A stretch of 32,000 nt of DNA, taken from the NCBI RefSeq assembly GCF_000015145.1, contig NC_008818.1, positions 690,001 through 722,000 of the forward strand, written 5' to 3'. Below the pieces are notes generated by a model that had not been told where the DNA came from, made no database searches, and saw only the letters and a program-made list of their open reading frames with translations. The position numbers were made by a program, and so were the translations under genes. This DNA is from Hyperthermus butylicus DSM 5456. Lineage in GTDB: Archaea > Thermoproteota > Thermoprotei_A > Sulfolobales > Pyrodictiaceae. Positions 18,505 through 28,057 of the stretch are shown here, in pieces. How positions within the stretch are numbered: the first letter of the stretch is position 1; every line of letters starts with the position of its first letter.

Positions 18505-19534
18505 CCCAGGCCCACCAGGCAACTGCACGCTGCTAGTAACGGAGCCGAGATGCGGCGAGACCGTACGCGCCGAGCTGAAAAAGCATGGGCTACGGGCTAA
18601 GAACCTACGCCCCACCTCGCCGCCAGCCAGGGCCAGGCTACCAGCATTCCCCGTAGCGGATACAGGCTCCGCGAGGATGCTCAGGGAGGAGCTGCTATCA
18701 GCGTGCCGGGGCCTAGCCGAGCTCATCGAAGCCGAATGCCTCCACGTGGAGAGGGTGGAGCCGCCCGTCTCCTACGTCCTCGTAGGCCCGGTAGCCATCG
18801 TCTCGCTGGACGAGAGGGTGAGGGGCCGGGAGAGGGAGGTGGCAGAGCAGCTGCTCCGCATCCCCGGCGTCCGGGCCGTCTACGGTAAGGAGGCTACGGA
18901 GGGCGAGTACCGGGTCCAGCGCCTCGTACACCTCGCGGGCGAGAGGCTGGAAGAGGTTGTCTACCGCGAGCACGGCCTGGAGATCCCGATCCCCCTGGGC
19001 AGGGTCTACATCAACCCACGGCTAGCCACCGAGCACATGCGCGTCGCGGAGATGACAGCCGCGGACGACACCGTGCTGGACATGTTCGCCGGGTGGGGAG
19101 GCTTCCCACTAGTAATCAGCAAGCTGGGCAGGGCGAGGCTAGTAGTAGCGAACGACGCCAACCCCTGGGCCATAGCAACGCTTGCCAGGGCCCTGGAGAG
19201 GAACCGTGGGAAGCTGAAGACCCCGATAATCCCAGTGATGGCTGACGCGGCGCTGCTCCCAGAGCTGCTAAGGCCCGTGTTCACGAGGATAATCATGAAC
19301 CTGCCACACAGCTCCAAGCAGTACCTACCCGCAGCACTGAAGCTCTGCAGCCCCAGGGGCTGCACCATCCACCTCTACACCGTGGCTTCGAGCCCCGAGG
19401 AGGCAGCTGAGGGGATCACGGTCGGCGAGGTAGCCAGGATCGTCAAGGTGTTGGACTACGCCCCGTACAAGTACATCTACCGTGTAGACTTGAAACTGGA
19501 GGGTAGAGAGAAGAACCCGTCTACGATAGGGTAA
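18485..19534 (+). CDS. Trm5-family tRNA (guanine-N1)-methyltransferase
   Basis: GRVYINPRLATEHMRVAEM, TVLDMFAGWGGFPLVISK, VVANDANPWAIATLARALERN and IIMNLPHSSKQYLPAAL are Trm5/Taw22-family motifs. Confidence 0.88.
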   Translation: MATLRSNPGPPGNCTLLVTEPRCGETVRAELKKHGLRAKNLRPTSPPARARLPAFPVADTGSARMLREELLSACRGLAELIEAECLHVERVEPPVSYVLVGPVAIVSLDERVRGREREVAEQLLRIPGVRAVYGKEATEGEYRVQRLVHLAGERLEEVVYREHGLEIPIPLGRVYINPRLATEHMRVAEMTAADDTVLDMFAGWGGFPLVISKLGRARLVVANDANPWAIATLARALERNRGKLKTPIIPVMADAALLPELLRPVFTRIIMNLPHSSKQYLPAALKLCSPRGCTIHLYTVASSPEEAAEGITVGEVARIVKVLDYAPYKYIYRVDLKLEGREKNPSTIG

Positions 19535-19565
19535 GTGGTGGGAGCGGGGCGGGGCCCTGGAAGCC

Positions 19566-19808
19566 ATGCATGCCCAGCACAGCACCCCCAGGCCCTGGGC
19601 CGGGATCAGAAGGCTGCTCGAGATGATTCTACAGCCTCTCGAGCTCATGGGAGAGCTGGAGCGAAGGCTGCGCTGCATCAAGTGGGAGCAGGACTGCCGG
19701 TTCCTGGGCCGCAACTGTATAAGGTACAAGCTAACATGCAGCGACACCAAGCCTCTGGGCCAGCTGCTCCAAGAGCTACGGGACAGTGTTAGGGAGCTGC
19801 TACGCTAG
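19566..19808 (+). CDS. Small Cys-containing hypothetical protein
   Basis: Coding-like helical composition: MILQPLELMGELERRLRCIKWEQDCRFLGRNCIRYKLTC...LGQLLQELRDSVRELLR. Possible start at the internal Met. Lies between Trm5-like and DHH genes on the same strand. Confidence 0.5.
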   Translation: MHAQHSTPRPWAGIRRLLEMILQPLELMGELERRLRCIKWEQDCRFLGRNCIRYKLTCSDTKPLGQLLQELRDSVRELLR

Positions 19809-19937
19809 CAGCACATCCCAGCCCTAAGCCAGTGCGACGACCTCCCGGTAGGCTGCGCCGAGGCCCAGGAAGGCCTAGCTCGGATTCCGACATTCTTCAT
19901 GCAGATCGCATAGCTGTAGCAAGCAGCTCTGCCGGGC

Positions 19938-21107
19938 ATGCCGGCTGGGGTGTCCCAGCGGGGATGTAGAGGCCGCAACCCCATAAACCGCCTAAGGGGG
20001 CTTGAAGTCCGGGTCCTCCTCCTCCTCCTCTCCTCGGGGAGCTATGCTCACCAGATAGTGCTGCTTCGGGGTGCCGCGCCGGTGGATGCTCTGGCCTGGT
20101 GTCGCAGCCTCCTCGATGGGCTTGGGGAGCCGCTGCTGGTGCACCACTGGGACGCTGATGGTATCGCATCGGCGGCGCTTCTCGAGAGGATCATGGGTTG
20201 GAGGAGGCGCCTAGTGCCCCGTATAGGCTTCTACAGCGCCGAGGCTGTTACGGGCCAGGCGCCGCTGAGGGGTGCCGCTGGGCTGGTCGTGGTGGACTAT
20301 GGCGTGCCGCAGCACCTCCCCGCGGCTGCACAGGCCCTAGGCGCAACCAGTATTGTCTACATTGACCACCACCGCGCCGAGTGCCCCGGCGGCATAGCCT
20401 GCTGCAACCCGGTAGCCCTGGGGCTAGGCGGGGAGGACGAGTATCCCTCCACGAGCCTCCTCCTGGCATGGCTGCTCGGTGCTGGGCGGGAGCACCTCGA
20501 CCTGGCCCTTGTAGGCCTTGTCAGCGACCTCCCAGGATTCACCGAGACACGGTGGGCCCAGCTGGTGGAGGAGCTGGAGAGGATGCAGGGGTTCGGGCTG
20601 GCCGAGCTGCTGAAGGCTGTGGAGGCTGTTGACTCCTGCTACCCCCTCCTAGACACGGCATGCATAGACCACGCGGTGGAGCTGCTGGCGGCGAAGGGCC
20701 TCGCAGCCGTTCTGGACGACCCGAGGCTCATGGAGGCTCGTAGGAGGTTCCGGGAACTGGTGGGGGAGGCGCTGCGGGATGCTGAGGCGAATGCTATACG
20801 GGAGGGAGCAGTGATAGCCACCGAGGTCGCGGTGGACGCGCTGGTGACACCAAAGGTTGGCCGCATATTAGCCAGGGAGCACCCCGACAGCGTGGTTATC
20901 GTACAGCACTGGATACCAAACCTCGGCAAGGGAATGGTGTACGTGAGGAGCCGGAAACACATGGTGGGCTGGATAGCCGCCAGGGCACGCGCCATGGGCT
21001 ACGAGGCGGGGGGCAAGGACCGAGTAGCAGTCATACACTACTACCAACAGAGCCAGGGCGGGAAGATAGTCGAGGCCGTGACGAGAATGCTGAAGGACAT
21101 CCTTTAG
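19938..21107 (+). CDS. DHH-family phosphoesterase (RecJ-like/archaeal single-strand nuclease group)
   Basis: LLVHHWDADGIASAALLERI, GLVVVDYG, SIVYIDHHRAE, GLVSDLPG and C-terminal DSVVIVQHWIPNLGKGMVYVRS. Start probably downstream (around LEVRVLLLLL). Confidence 0.87.
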   Translation: MPAGVSQRGCRGRNPINRLRGLEVRVLLLLLSSGSYAHQIVLLRGAAPVDALAWCRSLLDGLGEPLLVHHWDADGIASAALLERIMGWRRRLVPRIGFYSAEAVTGQAPLRGAAGLVVVDYGVPQHLPAAAQALGATSIVYIDHHRAECPGGIACCNPVALGLGGEDEYPSTSLLLAWLLGAGREHLDLALVGLVSDLPGFTETRWAQLVEELERMQGFGLAELLKAVEAVDSCYPLLDTACIDHAVELLAAKGLAAVLDDPRLMEARRRFRELVGEALRDAEANAIREGAVIATEVAVDALVTPKVGRILAREHPDSVVIVQHWIPNLGKGMVYVRSRKHMVGWIAARARAMGYEAGGKDRVAVIHYYQQSQGGKIVEAVTRMLKDIL

Positions 21108-21348
21108 GCCCCGAAACCCCGGGAGTACTGCAGCACGCTAGGCTAAACCCTATGTAGCTCAGGCTCGTCCGCCCTGTGCGAGCAGCCCGGATCAGGATGG
21201 CGAGGGTTTAACCCCTGGGCGATGGGTTGCCGTGGGGTTGCTCCGCAGCCTGCCCTGCTGGGGGGCTGATTGGTTGTGTGTAACCCTTTTTTAGCTGGTT
21301 GTCTTGGCGTGTTGCGGGTGAGGCTTGATAGCTGGTTGGTAGGGGTGG

Positions 21349-22323
21349 ATGGCTGTGGACGTGTTTGTGCTTGGCGGCTACTCGCGCGGCATTGGTGCAC
21401 GGAAGGTTTTGAGGGAGTTTGAACGCGGTGGCGTGGGCTGGGGCGAGGCCGAGGCTGTTATCGGGCTTGAGGAGGCAATGCTTGTCGGTGTTCAGGCTGG
21501 TGCTGGGCTGACCTACGTGTCTGACCCTGCTCTGGCGTGGCACGACCTGCTCCGGCCCTTCGTTGAGGCCTGGCGTGGCGTTGCTGTGGGTGGTCTCGCG
21601 AGGTTCTTCGACAACAACTTCTTCTACCGTGTCCCGGTGTTTACGGGTAAGCCCGATCCGAAGTACTATGTGCTCGCTAAGCGTGCAGTATTCCTCTCAA
21701 AGATTGCCCCCCGCGGTGCCGGCGTGAAGGTCTTCATGCCCGGGCCGGTGACCTTCGCAGCTCTCTCCGATACCAGCGTGTTCGGCGGCATGGAGGAGGC
21801 TGCAAGGGAGATAGCACGCATCCTCGGCGAAGAGGCCAGGAGGGCCCTGGAGGCCGGCGCCTCCGTGGTGGAGGTCGCCGAGCCGTTGCTAGGCGATATC
21901 GATGCCAGGCCGGAGCACGCCGGGCTCCTCGTGGACCTCCTCTCCAAGTACTTCCCCGACCCCTCAAAGCTCATCGTATCAATCTACTACCACCCGCCCA
22001 GCAAGGAGGTAGCAAAGGAGCTAGCAGTGCTAAAGGCACAGTACCTCGCGCTAGACTACGCTGATAGGCCGGAGACCTTCCGCGAGGCAGTAAAGATCGC
22101 CTGCCCCGAGGGCCTAGCTGTGGGTGCCGTGGATGCCCGTAGCATCTATCTGGAGCCTGTGGAGAGGGTGGAGAAGGCCCTGCAGACAGCAAAGGAGCTA
22201 TGCAGCCCGGATAGGCTAGCACTAACAACGACAGCACCACTAGACCTCATACCACAGCAGCACGCCATCGCGAAGACCAGGCACCTAGGCCACCTCGCGA
22301 GGAGGCTCGAGGAGGGAGCCTAG
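21349..22323 (+). CDS. Cobalamin-independent methionine synthase N-terminal-domain-like protein (MetE-N)
   Basis: SDPALAWHDLLRPFVEA...ARFFDNNFFYRVPVFTGK...KVFMPGPVTFAALSD...ALEAGASVVEVAEPLL, ending with LTTTAPLDLIPQQHAIAK. Confidence 0.82.
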   Translation: MAVDVFVLGGYSRGIGARKVLREFERGGVGWGEAEAVIGLEEAMLVGVQAGAGLTYVSDPALAWHDLLRPFVEAWRGVAVGGLARFFDNNFFYRVPVFTGKPDPKYYVLAKRAVFLSKIAPRGAGVKVFMPGPVTFAALSDTSVFGGMEEAAREIARILGEEARRALEAGASVVEVAEPLLGDIDARPEHAGLLVDLLSKYFPDPSKLIVSIYYHPPSKEVAKELAVLKAQYLALDYADRPETFREAVKIACPEGLAVGAVDARSIYLEPVERVEKALQTAKELCSPDRLALTTTAPLDLIPQQHAIAKTRHLGHLARRLEEGA

Positions 22324-22355
22324 GCAGCCACTACCCCGCCGCCATCCCCACATCC

Positions 22356-22862
22356 ATGCACCAGTGCCACTGCATAGTAGAGCCATCGTGTACAGGCTTG
22401 GGGGTGTACAGCAAAGCTTATACTATTCAATTCCCGATGGAGTATCTGGTGCAGGGTGTGGGCGGGCCCGCCTGCTTCGAGGGGAGCCTCGAGGAGCTAG
22501 CTAGGATGTACGGCCTGGAGCTCCCCAGCTCTGTTAGGGGCCGCGTTACCGTGGAGGGAGACTGCGGCCTCATGAATAGGCTGGGCCGCGAAATAGCCAT
22601 GGTGTTCAGGGCGTTCCGAAGCCCTCTCAGCATGCTGAACCCTATGAACCTCTTTAGGCTCATGAGCGCCCTCCAGGAGTACCGGAGGCTGCTCAAAAGC
22701 TGCTGCTACGAGGAGAAGGGGCGTGAGACAATTGTACATGCAGTACTAGGCGATGAGCGCCACGTGCTCCGTGTAAGAGCCCTGCTTGATGCGGGTAGCC
22801 CGCTGGAGCTGACGGCGCTGCCCAGCCTCTCGAGCCTCTGCACGCGATGCAGCAGCGTATAG
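22356..22862 (+). CDS. Uncharacterised 168-aa protein
   Basis: Intact ORF co-oriented with the flanking met genes; competing frames look like shadows. No family recognised. Confidence 0.5.
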   Translation: MHQCHCIVEPSCTGLGVYSKAYTIQFPMEYLVQGVGGPACFEGSLEELARMYGLELPSSVRGRVTVEGDCGLMNRLGREIAMVFRAFRSPLSMLNPMNLFRLMSALQEYRRLLKSCCYEEKGRETIVHAVLGDERHVLRVRALLDAGSPLELTALPSLSSLCTRCSSV

Positions 22863-23104
22863 CCGGCATAGTAGCGCCGCGCATCCACCATGGCTCTACC
22901 GTGGGGCCTCCTTGCCCGGTGTTTTCGGCAGCCACCACCCGCCACAAGCTATATCGCCGAGCCGCTAGGCAGTTGCCCACGTCACCGCTGTAGCCCGTGA
23001 CGCTCGGAGTGCTGCCCGCCGCGGAGCTAGTGTTCTCCGCGCATTTTATCAGTGATAAACTGTTTTAGAGGTGGGAAAGCTTGATTAGGCGTATTCGGGA
23101 CTAG

Positions 23105-23938
23105 GTGCCGCCCAGCGTACAAGTGTACGCCGTGCCCCGCTGCGGGGCTGCAGGGTGCTCAGCAAGGCTAGCTGGGGTGGCTGCTGGGTTGGAGCTGTGG
23201 GCTGAGGTTTCGCCGTCGCGGAGCCGCAAGAAGCTCTCGCAGCTAGCCGGGAGGTTGCACGGCCTAGCCGACTATATCGACGTGCCTGACTCGCCTATGG
23301 GCATACCTGTCGCCCATGCTCTTGGCGTTGCCGGGTTTTTGGCGCTCCGCGGACTGCGCGTCGTCGCGAACATAAGGCTTGCAGACATTAACGCCAATGC
23401 TCTGCTCTCCCTCGCCGGCGCCGCCAGGCTCCTCGGCGTTCAAGGGCTCGTGCTTCTACAGGGCGACCCGCCGGTCTACGGTAAGCATGTCGGCCAGGTC
23501 TCAACAGAGTATGGCGTCAAGCTTCTCCGGGGCTGGGAGGGCGCTGAGGGGCTAAGGCTCGGCGTCATACTCAGCCTCGCGCGGGGCGACGAGGAGCTAG
23601 CGTCGAGGCTCAGCCTCCCCGTGGACTTCGTCCTCGCCACAAGGCTCTGGGAGCCGGGGCAGCTCGACCGGCCCCCGATACGGGAGGCCCGCCGGAGGGG
23701 CATCCGCGTCATACCCTACGTCGTGGTTGCCCCCGAGAACCGGGTGGGCGAGTTAGCCAAGCTCCTCAGTGGCCACCAGCCAGTCTTCACCGTGGAGGAG
23801 ATGCTTGACTTTGTTCTCGGGCTCCGCGGCCTGGTAGACGGCGTTCTCGTCTCCTCCCCGCTCTCACACAGCCTCCTCGTAGAGGCCCTCCGGAGGCTAC
23901 GTGAGGCACTAGGGCACCGGAGTAGAGGCACCGACTAA
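23105..23938 (+). CDS. Methylenetetrahydrofolate-reductase-like (MetF-type) TIM-barrel protein
   Basis: ELWAEVSPSRSR...DYIDVPDSPMGIPVAHALG...VVANIRLADINANALLSLAGAARLLGVQGLVLLQGDPP. Confidence 0.8.
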   Translation: MPPSVQVYAVPRCGAAGCSARLAGVAAGLELWAEVSPSRSRKKLSQLAGRLHGLADYIDVPDSPMGIPVAHALGVAGFLALRGLRVVANIRLADINANALLSLAGAARLLGVQGLVLLQGDPPVYGKHVGQVSTEYGVKLLRGWEGAEGLRLGVILSLARGDEELASRLSLPVDFVLATRLWEPGQLDRPPIREARRRGIRVIPYVVVAPENRVGELAKLLSGHQPVFTVEEMLDFVLGLRGLVDGVLVSSPLSHSLLVEALRRLREALGHRSRGTD

Positions 23939-23978
23939 ACCCCCCTGCATGCGGGGCTGAGGGTTGAGGGGCTAAGCC

Positions 23979-24983
23979 TTGGCCTACCGGGTGCCCCGCG
24001 CGTTCCCCGTAACCGTGGTGGGCAGCTACCCGAAGATGCCGGAGGCTCTGGAGGCTATCAAGCTCCGGAAGAAAGGCGTTATAGGCGAGGAGGAATTCCA
24101 TGAACGGGTCAAACCCGCCATAAGGAGCGTTGTCGAGGACTACCTCGAGGCCGGCGTAGACATAATCAGCGACGGGGAGCAGAGCAGGGAGGACATGGTA
24201 GTATACTTCGCCGAGAGGATCCAGGGCTACGAGATAGGGGACTGGGTCCGCGTCTTCGACAACGAGTACTTCAGGAAGCCCGTGGTAACCGCAAGGCTCG
24301 AGTACGTCGCACCAATGGCTGTCATGGACTGGGAGTACGCCCAGAGCATCTCCCAGGGCCGCCCAGTAAAGGCGATCATCACCGGCCCCTACACTATGGC
24401 TGACTGGAGCTTCGACCTACACTACGGCGACCGGCGCGAGCTGGTACTGGAGCTTGCAAAGGTGCTCCGGAGGGAGATAGAGGAGTTCGTCCGGAGGGGC
24501 GCCCAGTACATCCAAGTCGACGAGCCCGCCCTCCCCGCCAGGCCCCGCAAGGAGGAGGCTGAACTGGTGAAGGAGGCGCTCGAGATACTCTTCAAGGGTG
24601 TCGAGGCGAAGAAGATAATCCACATCTGCTACGGCAGGATCGAGAAGCTGATACCATACATCCTCGAGTTCCCCGTGGACCAGGTAGACTTCGAGTTCAA
24701 GAACTCTGACTTCAAGCTACTACCATACCTCAAAGAGTACGGTTTCGACAAGGAGCTAGGCTACGGCGTGATAGACGTCCACTCAACCCGCGTAGAAACC
24801 GTGGACGAGATCGTAGCCGACGTCGAGCGCCTAATGAAGCTCGACATACTCCCACCAGAGAAGATCTACCTAGACCCAGACTGTGGCCTCAAACGCCTCC
24901 CAAGAGAGATCGCCAAGGCCAAGCTGAAGAACCTAGCAGAGGCGGCAAGGAGGCTACGGAAAGCATACGGCTACGAGGACTAA
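23979..24983 (+). CDS. Methionine synthase catalytic domain (archaeal core MetE)
   Basis: [96 protein letters not shown] and [24 protein letters not shown]. Confidence 0.94.
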   Translation: MAYRVPRAFPVTVVGSYPKMPEALEAIKLRKKGVIGEEEFHERVKPAIRSVVEDYLEAGVDIISDGEQSREDMVVYFAERIQGYEIGDWVRVFDNEYFRKPVVTARLEYVAPMAVMDWEYAQSISQGRPVKAIITGPYTMADWSFDLHYGDRRELVLELAKVLRREIEEFVRRGAQYIQVDEPALPARPRKEEAELVKEALEILFKGVEAKKIIHICYGRIEKLIPYILEFPVDQVDFEFKNSDFKLLPYLKEYGFDKELGYGVIDVHSTRVETVDEIVADVERLMKLDILPPEKIYLDPDCGLKRLPREIAKAKLKNLAEAARRLRKAYGYED

Positions 24984-25155
24984 TACATGGTATAACAACT
25001 AGCTGCAATCCTCTTTCAACTCTTCAGGCCAGCAAGGAATTCCGCAAGAAGCTACCCTGTTTCTGCCAAGAACCCCCAGCGGTGCTGGGCCGGAACCTCC
25101 TACTACAGGGAGGCGCATCCCTAGGCTGTGGAGATAAAAGTATGCGCTAAAGGCT

Positions 25156-25887
25156 TTAGGCGGATTCTGCGGCTTCAACTAGGACGAGTATTTTGGAGTC
25201 ATTCTGCCCTCTTTCAGCTAGCATTCTCCTCATAGCGTCCCTTGATCCTTCAAGCGAGAATAGGCCCCTTATCTCGGCGCGGCTTTTTAGTGCGAGGTTT
25301 ACCGCAGCCTCGATTAGCGATTGGTTCTCCGTGGTAGCTGCTACGATTAGCACCTTAGACTTTCTAGGTATGCAGGAGCGTGGTATGGCAGCTACATCTA
25401 GCATGTTTGGGGCTGGCATGTATACCTCCACAAGGCTGTTGCCTGGCGGGAACATGCGTACGGGTATGCACAGTCTAGCCCTCAAATACGCAGCTATAAT
25501 CGACCCCAACGCTATAGAGTAGGGATCGGGGGCGGGGAGCACCACATCTATCCTATTCTTCTTAAACTCGTTAACGATTTTTAATGCGGCAAGCTCGAGT
25601 ATGCCGGGGTTCCTGAAGATCTCCCATAGCTCCCACTTACCTGTAATGGTCTTTGAGACGGCCTTCTCTATTAGTTTCAGCTCATTTATTTTCGCGATTA
25701 TCTTTTGTGCTGTCTCTTTCTCGGGTGTTACTCTCAACGTGGTATATCTCCACAATACTTGGGATGGTATGTTTAGCATTTTCTCTAGCTCTTTAAAAGA
25801 GTAGAAGAACTTCAGTATCCGAAGCAGGTTAAACATTATGAACTTAGGGTTCTTTGCAATCTCTTCCTCAGCTATCTTATCAGACAA
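25156..25887 (-). CDS. Phosphoribosyltransferase-domain regulator-like protein with N-terminal HTH
   Basis: N-terminal helix-turn-helix-like KELEKMLNIPSQVLWRYTTLRVTPEKETAQKIIAKI, followed by a PRTase-like core IDVVLPAPDPYSIALGSIIAAYLRARLCIPVRM...KVLIVAATTENQSLIEAAVNLALKS. Confidence 0.65.
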   Translation of the reverse strand: MSDKIAEEEIAKNPKFIMFNLLRILKFFYSFKELEKMLNIPSQVLWRYTTLRVTPEKETAQKIIAKINELKLIEKAVSKTITGKWELWEIFRNPGILELAALKIVNEFKKNRIDVVLPAPDPYSIALGSIIAAYLRARLCIPVRMFPPGNSLVEVYMPAPNMLDVAAIPRSCIPRKSKVLIVAATTENQSLIEAAVNLALKSRAEIRGLFSLEGSRDAMRRMLAERGQNDSKILVLVEAAESA

Positions 25888-26485
25888 ACTCCCACACCCT
25901 CACCAGCACCCTAAGCAATGACGGGGTTAAAACAAGGTTCAACGATGCACGTACAAGTAGCATATAGTACAATACAACTCCACCTACCAGGTGTAGCATC
26001 ACAACATGCTACTCCAAGCTAGGCGCCTCGATCTAGCCACAACATTGTAGTGATACACGCTAGGATATAGCGCTCCAGTAGACATAGAGAAATCCGGCCG
26101 AGAGGCAGGTGGGCAGAATGGCAAAGGGCAGAAAAGAGGGCAAGAAGGGAAAGGGTAAGAAGCAGGAGCAGCAGCAGGGTAGTTAGATCCCTAAGGGTAA
26201 CTGGTGGCTGAGACAGCTACACCAGGCCTAGGAGGTTTTTAAGGCGAATTATTCTCTATGCATGCGGGTCTCCCAGCGCTTCGAGCTGTTGACCGCAGGA
26301 GGGCTGGTACCACTAAACAATAAATGGTCTGGCACTGCGTCGTAGCGGAAACCTAGCTAGATGCTGGGCCGGGATGGTATCCTTATTAGTTTGGCTAGGC
26401 TTGCTTCTGCTCCGAGTACACGGGTACTAGGGAGCTACGCCATAGTGTTGCTGTTTACGATGCCTTGCATGGAGTGTGTAGGGGT

Positions 26486-27118
26486 ATGGTTATCCGTGTA
26501 CTGTATTTTGCTTCCGGAGACCTGGCTTATGGTGGTAAGCTTCACGGCCTAATGGCTGGCAGCATTTTTGCTGGTAGAATATCTGCTGTAGGGCTTGAGC
26601 TGCGTGACTGTAGCGTGCTGCTGCCGGGCAGTGGACGCCGTGACGCTAGGCTTAGCGGCGAAGCATACTATATTGATGCCTGGCGGCTCAGCGAACTCGA
26701 CAGCAGGCTTGAAGGTTTTGGCGCACGCCGCGCAACAGTACGTGTAGAGCATGGCGATGTCGTGCTCAACGCGGAGACGCACCTAGCCGAGGACTGCAGG
26801 CCCGCCACAGACACAGCGGCTGGGCGGGGGTGGGTTCGTCTCCTCCTCGTGCTTCCGCCCAGGGCTCCGCCACCCGTGCAGCCCATGGCTGTCTACCTGG
26901 CTGATATTGCTGGCGTATCGCTCTGTAGCAGTGCTAGCCGCCTCCTCTGCCGTGGAGGCAGTATCGAGAATGCTGCCATGGCTGATGTCTATGTCGAGCT
27001 TGGCAGGCTAGCTGACTGGCTCGAAGAACTTGGCGGGGAGCCTGTACAGGTGACGGGTAGGATGAAGCCGCTCGACTTGACCGTGTTCGCGGTTGCGCCA
27101 GTGGCGAAAAAAGTGTAG
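26486..27118 (+). CDS. Uncharacterised 210-aa protein
   Basis: ATG at 26486 (MVIRVLYFASGDLAYGGKLHGLMAGSIFAGRIS...) preferred over ORF-track start 26465. Intact ORF, no family recognised. Confidence 0.65.
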   Translation: MVIRVLYFASGDLAYGGKLHGLMAGSIFAGRISAVGLELRDCSVLLPGSGRRDARLSGEAYYIDAWRLSELDSRLEGFGARRATVRVEHGDVVLNAETHLAEDCRPATDTAAGRGWVRLLLVLPPRAPPPVQPMAVYLADIAGVSLCSSASRLLCRGGSIENAAMADVYVELGRLADWLEELGGEPVQVTGRMKPLDLTVFAVAPVAKKV

Positions 27119-27129
27119 TGTGTGGTGGC

Positions 27130-28038
27130 CTACTTTAGGTCTCCCTGTGCCTTCAGTATCGCTATTATCTCCTGCCAGTTCCTCTCAATATCCTCCTTGA
27201 ACCTCTGTACGTCCTCTGGCTTGAAGTGGCGGAAGCGGCCCTGCAGCTTGAGGTACTCCTCCACCGGCTTCCTCTTCGACGGGTCTATGAGCTTGTTGCT
27301 TGGCGGGTTGAGTTTGAGCCTGCCGTTCTCGTACTCGTAGAGTATCCAGGCGCCCGTCTCCACTGCTAGCTTTGCTATGTGGACTGTTAGCCCGGGGTCG
27401 AATCTCCAGCCCACCGGGCACGGGGCGTGGAGGTGTATGTACTTGAAGCCACGGATGCTCGCCGCCTTCCTCAGCTTTGCTATGAAGTCCCATGGATAGC
27501 CAACACTCGCCGTGGCTACGTATGGCACCCTATGCGCAGCTACTATCTGGGGCATCGGCTTCTTCGACTCCCGCTTGCCGGTGTGGGTCGTGGTTGTCCA
27601 GGCGCCATAGGGTGTCAAGCCGCTCCTCTGGATGCCAGTGTTCATGTAGGCCTCGTTGTCCACACAGATGTATATGATGTCCTCGCCCCTCTCCGCCGCA
27701 GCGCTAAGCGCCTGGAAGCCTATGTCGGCCGTGCCGCCGTCGCCAGCCCACACCACCACCTGGGCATCGACGCCTCTCCTCTTCAGTGCGCGGGAGAGCC
27801 CGCTGGCTGTGGCAGCACTAGCGGCGAAGACTATGTTTAGTATCGGCATATTCGTTGCCTGCTTTGGTCCGAGGCCCTGGATGACGGATGTGCAGCCTGC
27901 TGGGACGACCAGGACAGCCTTCTCGCCCAGGGCCATGCCGAGGAAGCGTAGCCCCATAGCCTCTGGGCAGCCGGGGCACGCCGCTGTACCTGGCAGCACA
28001 TACCTCTTCTTGGGTAGCGTCCTCAAGTTAACAGCCAC
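27130..28038 (-). CDS. porB: Pyruvate:ferredoxin oxidoreductase-type beta subunit
   Basis: TPP-binding QVVVWAGDGGTADIGFQALSAAAERGEDIIYICVDNEAYMNTGIQRSG; Cys motif AACPGCPEAM. Confidence 0.95.
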   Translation of the reverse strand: MAVNLRTLPKKRYVLPGTAACPGCPEAMGLRFLGMALGEKAVLVVPAGCTSVIQGLGPKQATNMPILNIVFAASAATASGLSRALKRRGVDAQVVVWAGDGGTADIGFQALSAAAERGEDIIYICVDNEAYMNTGIQRSGLTPYGAWTTTTHTGKRESKKPMPQIVAAHRVPYVATASVGYPWDFIAKLRKAASIRGFKYIHLHAPCPVGWRFDPGLTVHIAKLAVETGAWILYEYENGRLKLNPPSNKLIDPSKRKPVEEYLKLQGRFRHFKPEDVQRFKEDIERNWQEIIAILKAQGDLK

Positions 28039-28057
28039 GCGGGTTCACCTCCACACT

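Noticed and set aside
19810-19937. Possible tRNA or structured RNA in the gap upstream of the DHH gene
   Set aside because: No convincing T-loop (GGTTCRANTCC-like) or acceptor pairing seen; tRNAscan-SE/Infernal would be decisive.
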